A stretch of DNA of 32,000 nt, taken from positions 420,001-452,000 of the forward strand of contig CP001848.1 in assembly GCA_000025185.1 (NCBI GenBank), given 5' to 3'. Below, one piece after another: positions 27,079 through 32,000 of this stretch (within the stretch, counting starts at the first letter, position 1; each line of letters begins with the position of its first letter). The notes beneath the pieces are model-generated. The model had not been told where the DNA came from. It made no database searches and was given only the letters and a program-made list of their open reading frames with translations. The stretch comes from Pirellula staleyi DSM 6068 (GTDB taxonomy: Bacteria; Planctomycetota; Planctomycetia; Pirellulales; Pirellulaceae). Position numbers and translations under genes: made by a program.

Positions 27079-27298
27079 TCCTTGTATCCTCTGAAAAAAC
27101 GCTACACCCATGAATCTATCCGCAGGTTAGCAATTCAGTCCTATACTAATCCCTTATCAATGTCGATCCCAACGAGACTTCGGCAAATAATTGCCTCCAC
27201 TACGGTAGCACTTGCCCTGCAATTTCTGGCAAGTCAAGGGAATGGGGCAGAGAAGAGCCTGAAGCAATGGAGTGCTTTAAGAATCGCTGCTGGCGGCG

Positions 27299-27330
27299 TT
27301 GTCAGGTCCTTGAGAGAGGACCATGAGCTA
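27299..27330 (+). repeat. REP-like element, long-loop variant
   Basis: TTGTCAGGTCCTTGAGAGAGGACCATGAGCTA shares TTGTCAGGT and ACC(A)TGA.CTA with the consensus. It has its own GGTCC/GGACC stem. Confidence 0.45.
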
Positions 27331-27481
27331 AGGGCATGGGTGTAAGTCGATGTCGGTCAGTAGATCGGCTACTCTGTAGCTGACAATCGAACAGCCTTTC
27401 CATCACCATCCGCTGTGGATGTGCTACACGTGGTACAAGGAGCGAATCTAACAATTCTTGAAGTGGCTACGGTTGGTTGGT

Positions 27482-27509
27482 TGTCAGGTACGGGGTACCT
27501 GACCTACAA
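27482..27509 (+). repeat. REP-like palindromic element, consensus copy
   Basis: TGTCAGGTACGGGGTACCTGACCTACAA, identical to 29054-29081. The core GTCAGGTAC-GGG-GTACCTGAC forms a 9-bp stem with a 3-nt loop. Confidence 0.9.
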
Positions 27510-27585
27510 ACTTAGACGCCCTACGAATGACGGAGGCAGATGTCCGGTGGAACCGGACCTACTAACTGCGTCAATCCCAACTGGT

Positions 27586-27615
27586 CGTCAGGTACAGGGG
27601 TAGGCGATCTACGAA
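27586..27615 (+). repeat. REP-like element, decayed copy abutting the DUF1501 stop codon
   Basis: CGTCAGGTACAGGGGTAGGCGATCTACGAA. The 5' arm is intact, and the 3' arm is mutated (GTAGGCGA versus GTACCTGA) with one inserted base. Confidence 0.5.
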
Positions 27616-28920
27616 CTAGCTAAACAGTTCGGCGATGGGGGTGCCGCCGTCGGTGATGGGGACGGGGCGGTCGCCGGCGTAGAGTTCGTGGCGCGGTTGG
27701 ATGCCGAGGGCGGCGTACATCGTGGCGTGGAAATCGGGGATCGAAACGGGACGATCGAGCGTTTTCATCGCCAGCTCGTCGGTCGTGCCGATGGTGATGC
27801 CATTGTTGAGTCCGCCGCCAGCGAGGACCATGCTGTAGCACTTGCCATGATGCCCGCGTCCACCACCGCCGTCGAAACCAGCGGGCCGACCGAACTCGGT
27901 GGCGACGACGATAAGTGTTTTGTCGAGCAGTTTGCGCTGCTCGAGGTCGATCACCAGAGTGGCCAGGGCACTATCGAGTTCTTTAATCAGCTCGTGCTGA
28001 TTCTTGATCCCCTCGTTATGCACGTCCCAGCCAGTGCCGTTGAGGAAGTTGAGGTTGTGCGAGACTTCGATGAAACGGACGCCCGATTCGACAAGCCGCC
28101 GCGCGAGCAAACAGCGCTGACCGAACTCGCCGCCATAGCTGTTGCGGAGATCTGCCGACTCGCTATGCAGTTCGAAGATTTTTTTGAATTCAGGCCCCGA
28201 GAGACGGAGCGCTTCGCCGATGGTGGCATCGTAGTTGGTGATCAGTGAATCGCCCGACGCGCGGCGCAGGGATTCGCTCCGCTGACGCGCCAGCAGTTGC
28301 TCGCGACGCGCTGCCCGGTCGGCACTGATTTCAGCAGGTCGGCTGATTCCACTCGGGCCATTGCCAGTTTCGGTGAGATAGATGTAGCTGTGCTTCGCGC
28401 CGAGAAATCCAGGGCCGCGGGTGACGTTCGGATAGCCGATCAGGACGTAGGCGGGGACCCCTTCGCCAGCCGCTCCACGCTCGTGAGCGATCACCGAACC
28501 GACGGATGGATAGACGACCGTTCCGGATGTTGGACGTCCCGTGTGGACGCGATTGGTGGCTGCAGCATGCTCGTCGATCACATCGTGATGCACTGTGCGA
28601 ACGATATTAAACCGATCGAGAACCTTCGCACACTTCGACAAGTGCTCGCACACCTGCGTGCCAGGAATGGCGGTATCGATTGCGGGGTAATAGGAGCCCG
28701 GCTTCTTGGCTTGGGGATCACCGAGTTGCTTAGGGTCCCACGTATCGATCTGCCCTGCTCCGCCACCAAGCCAGAGAAAGATGCAATGCTCGGCTTTACC
28801 GAGTTTGAACTCGGGCTTCGAGGTTTCGTCGCTCGCGCGGAGTGAGCCCCCCATCCCAAGTCCAGCAGCAAGCGCGGCAGCGGAGAGAAATCGTCGGCGA
28901 TCGTTCGGCTGTTGGTTCAT
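27616..28920 (-). CDS. DUF1501 domain protein (Tat-exported)
   Basis: The ATG at 28920 gives [25 protein letters not shown]. Also [18 protein letters not shown] and VATEFGRP. The track start at 29025 adds 35 low-complexity residues. Confidence 0.9.
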   Translation of the reverse strand: MNQQPNDRRRFLSAAALAAGLGMGGSLRASDETSKPEFKLGKAEHCIFLWLGGGAGQIDTWDPKQLGDPQAKKPGSYYPAIDTAIPGTQVCEHLSKCAKVLDRFNIVRTVHHDVIDEHAAATNRVHTGRPTSGTVVYPSVGSVIAHERGAAGEGVPAYVLIGYPNVTRGPGFLGAKHSYIYLTETGNGPSGISRPAEISADRAARREQLLARQRSESLRRASGDSLITNYDATIGEALRLSGPEFKKIFELHSESADLRNSYGGEFGQRCLLARRLVESGVRFIEVSHNLNFLNGTGWDVHNEGIKNQHELIKELDSALATLVIDLEQRKLLDKTLIVVATEFGRPAGFDGGGGRGHHGKCYSMVLAGGGLNNGITIGTTDELAMKTLDRPVSIPDFHATMYAALGIQPRHELYAGDRPVPITDGGTPIAELFS

Positions 28921-29053
28921 GGGAGTGGTTTGGAGGTGGAGGCTTGAGTTGGATTGGAAATTCGGCCTATTGGCAGAATAGGGCTTGAACCTTTGAGAGG
29001 ATCGTTGCGCTGGTTCGTAGTTCATGCACTGGCACGGCCTGTGGCACCCGCGC

Positions 29054-29081
29054 TGTCAGGTACGGGGTACCTGACCTACAA
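29054..29081 (+). repeat. REP-like palindromic element, consensus copy
   Basis: Exact 28-mer identity with 27482-27509. It lies in the gap between the DUF1553 stop (29110) and the DUF1501 start. Confidence 0.9.
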
Positions 29082-29109
29082 GTCGGTTGCGGCAGGCACG
29101 CGGTCTGAT

Positions 29110-32000
29110 CTACGGTACGAATACAAATTCGGGGGTGTTGAGGAGAATCCAGACCATGTCCTCGGCACGCTCGCGCCAGTCGGCGGTGAGACGCGTTGTG
29201 GGTGGATCGCCAGCTTCGAGTTGCTTTTGCAGATCGATGCGCACTTGATTCGACTCGTTGCTCAAGTGATTCGACCACGAAACGCCATCGCGGGGAATTC
29301 GCTTCGGCATTGGTCCGGCAGGTTTGCCCGTGCGACGCTCGGAATAGCCGGGGGTCAGCAGCTCGACATATATCGCCGATTCTGCGGCGGTCGGCTTGCG
29401 GGCGAGCATCTCGACGAAGACCTGCTCGACAAATTTTTCGATCGGTTGATCTTCAAGAGCGAGGAGCGTAAAGCGGCTGTCTTCCGACAGCTGAGCGATT
29501 CGCTTGGCCGCGACACCATTGGCCAGCGTGGCAGGTTGAATCACAGCCGGTTCACTCTCGCGCATCGTCATGGGATCTTGTCGCGAACCGCGCCAGCCGA
29601 ACGCTTCGAGCACGTTGATCATGTTCTGAGCGCCGGGGAGCGAGAGGCTTGGTCGATCTCGTTCATTCGACAAACTGGTGAACTGCCAACCGCGATCGGG
29701 AATTCCGAGGCTGATCGATTGTGCTTCGTTGCGAGTGCCATCGACGTCGATGTTTAGCTCTTCGACATTGAGACGTTTACCCGCTACCGAGTACATCGAG
29801 TCGAGCACTTGTTCGGCTGTCATACGGCGGCGCATCGGAGCAGCAAACAGCCGAGACTGAGCGAGCGAACTCGTAGGCTCACGCTGATAGGTATCGCTAT
29901 TCAAGATCAATCGTGCGAGCGATTTGGCGTCGTAGCCACTCTCGATCAGCTTACGGGCGAGGAACTCGAGCAGTTCGGGATGAACGTTATCCCCCTGTTC
30001 CCAATCGTCGACCGGCTCGATGATGCCGCGGCCGATGTAGCGATGCCAAAAACGATTGGCGAGAACTTTAGCAAAACGTGTGTTGTGAGGAGAGGTGATG
30101 CGCACGGCTAGTTGCTCGCGCGTGTCGCCCGGAGATTCGAGCAGCTCTTTTTTGAGCTCGCCGACGTAGTGATCGACAAAGGGCCAGCCTGGCTCGATCT
30201 TCTCGCCCGGCTTGAGAGTCACCTTCACCACCAGCGACTTCAAGGCGGCGGGATCGCCTGGAATGGTGCTCGTTTTGGGGAGAGTTTGTGTACCACGCCC
30301 CAGCATCGCGGCGAGGTTGAAGAGGTCCTTTTGTTTCCACTCGTGGAACGGCGCATCGTGACAGCGAGCGCAGTTGAGATTGATGGCGAGCATCGCACCA
30401 GCAAGGACGTGCGCCTTGGCTGCAAGGGGCGCATCGTTTTGACTAGCGACCGCAAAACCACCGGGGCCACCGTAGCGATCGCTCCCTTCCATCAGGATCA
30501 GTTCGGTCGTAAACCGATCGAGCGGACGATTGTCGGAAAGCGCTTCGTAGAGCCACCAGCGGAACGGGCCGGTGTTGTTGAGCGTCGGGTTCACGATGTT
30601 CGGATTCTCGGCCAGCACATCCTGCCAGTAGCCCATCCAGTGATCGGCCCAGCCTGGTTGCTGGAGCAAGTGATCGATCAGCAGAGAGCGTTTGTTGTCG
30701 CGCGTATCGGCCAGGAAACGCTCGACTTCGGCTGCTGTGGGGGTGATGCCCAGGACATCGAGATAGAGGCGCCGCACAAACGATTCGTCACTTGCGCGGG
30801 GGGCAGCGGTGAGCTTCGAATCGGTCAGCCGCGAAGCAACCAAGCGATCGATGTCGGTAGACCCTTCCAGAGCTGGAATCGCAATGGGCTCGAGCGACCG
30901 CAGATACTCGCGGGCATAGTCGTGACGAGCATCCCAGTATTTCGCATATTCGGCCGATGACTGCTGACGTCGCGTCCGATTGATCGAAGCCAAGAGCCCC
31001 TGCTGTTCAGCTTCAAAGGCCAGGTAGCCTTCGTCGGTGAGTGGAATTTTGCGATCGGCATCCGGGGCGACCACCACAAAATCATCGCTTCCCATCGGCG
31101 CAACTGTGAGGCTTGCTTCCCCCAGCTCGGGACGACGTTTTTTGCCACCCATATGCAGTTGCAGTTGCACGCGATGCGTCCCTTCTTCAAGCTCAACTTC
31201 AAACAATGTTTCGCGATCACCGGGCTGAACCACGCGGATGCTCGGGGAGACTTTGCTTGTGGGTTTTAGGTACGGATGGTGACCATCGTCGCTGGCATGC
31301 GAAAACGGATTTTCGCCCACTAGTTTCCCATCGATGAAGAGCCTCGCGCCACTGCGCGATCGGACGAGTAAACGATGTTTTCCTGCAGTGAAATCGATAT
31401 CGCTCGTCATCCAGGCAACATGTGGATTCCCTCGATCCACACGCACTCCATGTCGGTTGTAGTTGTTGGGCAGAGCAAACGCGGCCATTTGATCGATAGT
31501 AAAGCGCTCGCTGGGACTGGGGTGAATAAAGTCCCAACTGAAGGCGTCGGGAATGCCTTCGAACACTTCCACCAGCACTTTACCTGCCGGGACTGGGACA
31601 TTGGTGAGATAGGGATCGGGCTGCACCATCTGAAAACGGGCTGCAATGCGTTCAGCAGGAAGTTCGCAACGGTAGATCGCCACTTCGTCGATCAAACCGG
31701 TGAAGGAGTTGGAACCAGCGGTCCCTTGCGCGCTGCCGATCCAAAGTTCGTCGTTATCAACGACAGGCCCTTCGGCCGAGGGACCACCGTAGTCCCAGGT
31801 TCCTTTGCTCGGTTTGCCGTCGATATACCCCCGAATGGAATCGGGCTTACCGAAGACATAACTCACCGCCACATGGTGCCACGCCCCAATGGTGAAGTTG
31901 CTGGTGGTGTTCCAGCGATGCCAGTCGTCGGTGGTGCCACGGCGATTGTCGCTGCTACGAAACAGGAACGAGAGACTCGCCCGTCCCGACTCGCCGTTAA
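29110..32000 (-). CDS. LamG (concanavalin-like lectin) + DUF1549 + DUF1553 protein; the 5' end is beyond the window
   Basis: FVRRLYLDVLGITPTAAEVERFLAD (DUF1549), CARCHDAPFHEW, and a C-terminus ending LLNTPEFVFVP (DUF1553). The track start at 31872 is GTG. I translated 31873-32000 in the same frame and found no stop (..RASLSFLFRSSDNRRGTTDDWHRWNTTSNFTIGAWHHVAVSY, LamG-like), so the gene continues upstream. Confidence 0.9.
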   Translation of the reverse strand, partial: NGESGRASLSFLFRSSDNRRGTTDDWHRWNTTSNFTIGAWHHVAVSYVFGKPDSIRGYIDGKPSKGTWDYGGPSAEGPVVDNDELWIGSAQGTAGSNSFTGLIDEVAIYRCELPAERIAARFQMVQPDPYLTNVPVPAGKVLVEVFEGIPDAFSWDFIHPSPSERFTIDQMAAFALPNNYNRHGVRVDRGNPHVAWMTSDIDFTAGKHRLLVRSRSGARLFIDGKLVGENPFSHASDDGHHPYLKPTSKVSPSIRVVQPGDRETLFEVELEEGTHRVQLQLHMGGKKRRPELGEASLTVAPMGSDDFVVVAPDADRKIPLTDEGYLAFEAEQQGLLASINRTRRQQSSAEYAKYWDARHDYAREYLRSLEPIAIPALEGSTDIDRLVASRLTDSKLTAAPRASDESFVRRLYLDVLGITPTAAEVERFLADTRDNKRSLLIDHLLQQPGWADHWMGYWQDVLAENPNIVNPTLNNTGPFRWWLYEALSDNRPLDRFTTELILMEGSDRYGGPGGFAVASQNDAPLAAKAHVLAGAMLAINLNCARCHDAPFHEWKQKDLFNLAAMLGRGTQTLPKTSTIPGDPAALKSLVVKVTLKPGEKIEPGWPFVDHYVGELKKELLESPGDTREQLAVRITSPHNTRFAKVLANRFWHRYIGRGIIEPVDDWEQGDNVHPELLEFLARKLIESGYDAKSLARLILNSDTYQREPTSSLAQSRLFAAPMRRRMTAEQVLDSMYSVAGKRLNVEELNIDVDGTRNEAQSISLGIPDRGWQFTSLSNERDRPSLSLPGAQNMINVLEAFGWRGSRQDPMTMRESEPAVIQPATLANGVAAKRIAQLSEDSRFTLLALEDQPIEKFVEQVFVEMLARKPTAAESAIYVELLTPGYSERRTGKPAGPMPKRIPRDGVSWSNHLSNESNQVRIDLQKQLEAGDPPTTRLTADWRERAEDMVWILLNTPEFVFVP

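Noticed and set aside
27061-27603. Track ORFs 27061-27345 and 27415-27603 (also 28954-29757), two of which translate to ..SGTGYLTYK..
   Set aside because: The shared peptide is simply the translation of the REP-like palindrome. The ORFs run through repeat copies and, for 28954-29757, antisense to the DUF1553 gene.

Overview
This 32 kb window looks like chromosomal DNA from a planctomycete, probably Pirellulales-like. That is an inference from its density of planctomycete-expanded families: three DUF1501 genes with Tat signals, two DUF1549/DUF1553 genes, and three DUF1559 prepilin-like genes, two of which are followed by a small lipoprotein. I support about 27 CDS.

Layout:
- 1-8.8 kb: DUF-family clusters.
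- 8.9-20.4 kb: housekeeping block with pfkA, an AAA+ ATPase, hemP-like, DUF4198, cysH, an Rrf2 regulator, trpC, mutY and prolyl oligopeptidase.
- 20.4-22.7 kb: a gene-poor gap and an orphan DUF1501.
- 22.75-27.6 kb: an accessory stretch with two low-GC patches. My 60-nt spot counts gave 42-48% GC there, against 53-63% in core genes.
- 27.6-32 kb: a DUF1553 to DUF1501 pair.

I found no rRNA, tRNA, CRISPR array, integrase or transposase.

The most unusual signals are:
1. A REP-like 28-nt palindromic repeat family found only at 25.7-29.1 kb. It brackets a low-GC eukaryote-like LRR gene and a DUF1501 gene.
2. A low-GC island carrying a NYN/PIN-like nuclease gene and an unknown 154-aa gene.
3. A composite minus-strand cluster that links DUF1553, DUF1559, a lipoprotein, a degenerate DUF1559, DUF1501 and a translationally coupled EF-hand protein.

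None of these matches a described defence or mobile system that I can name from sequence alone. All functional calls rest on motifs I recognised by eye, not on database searches.
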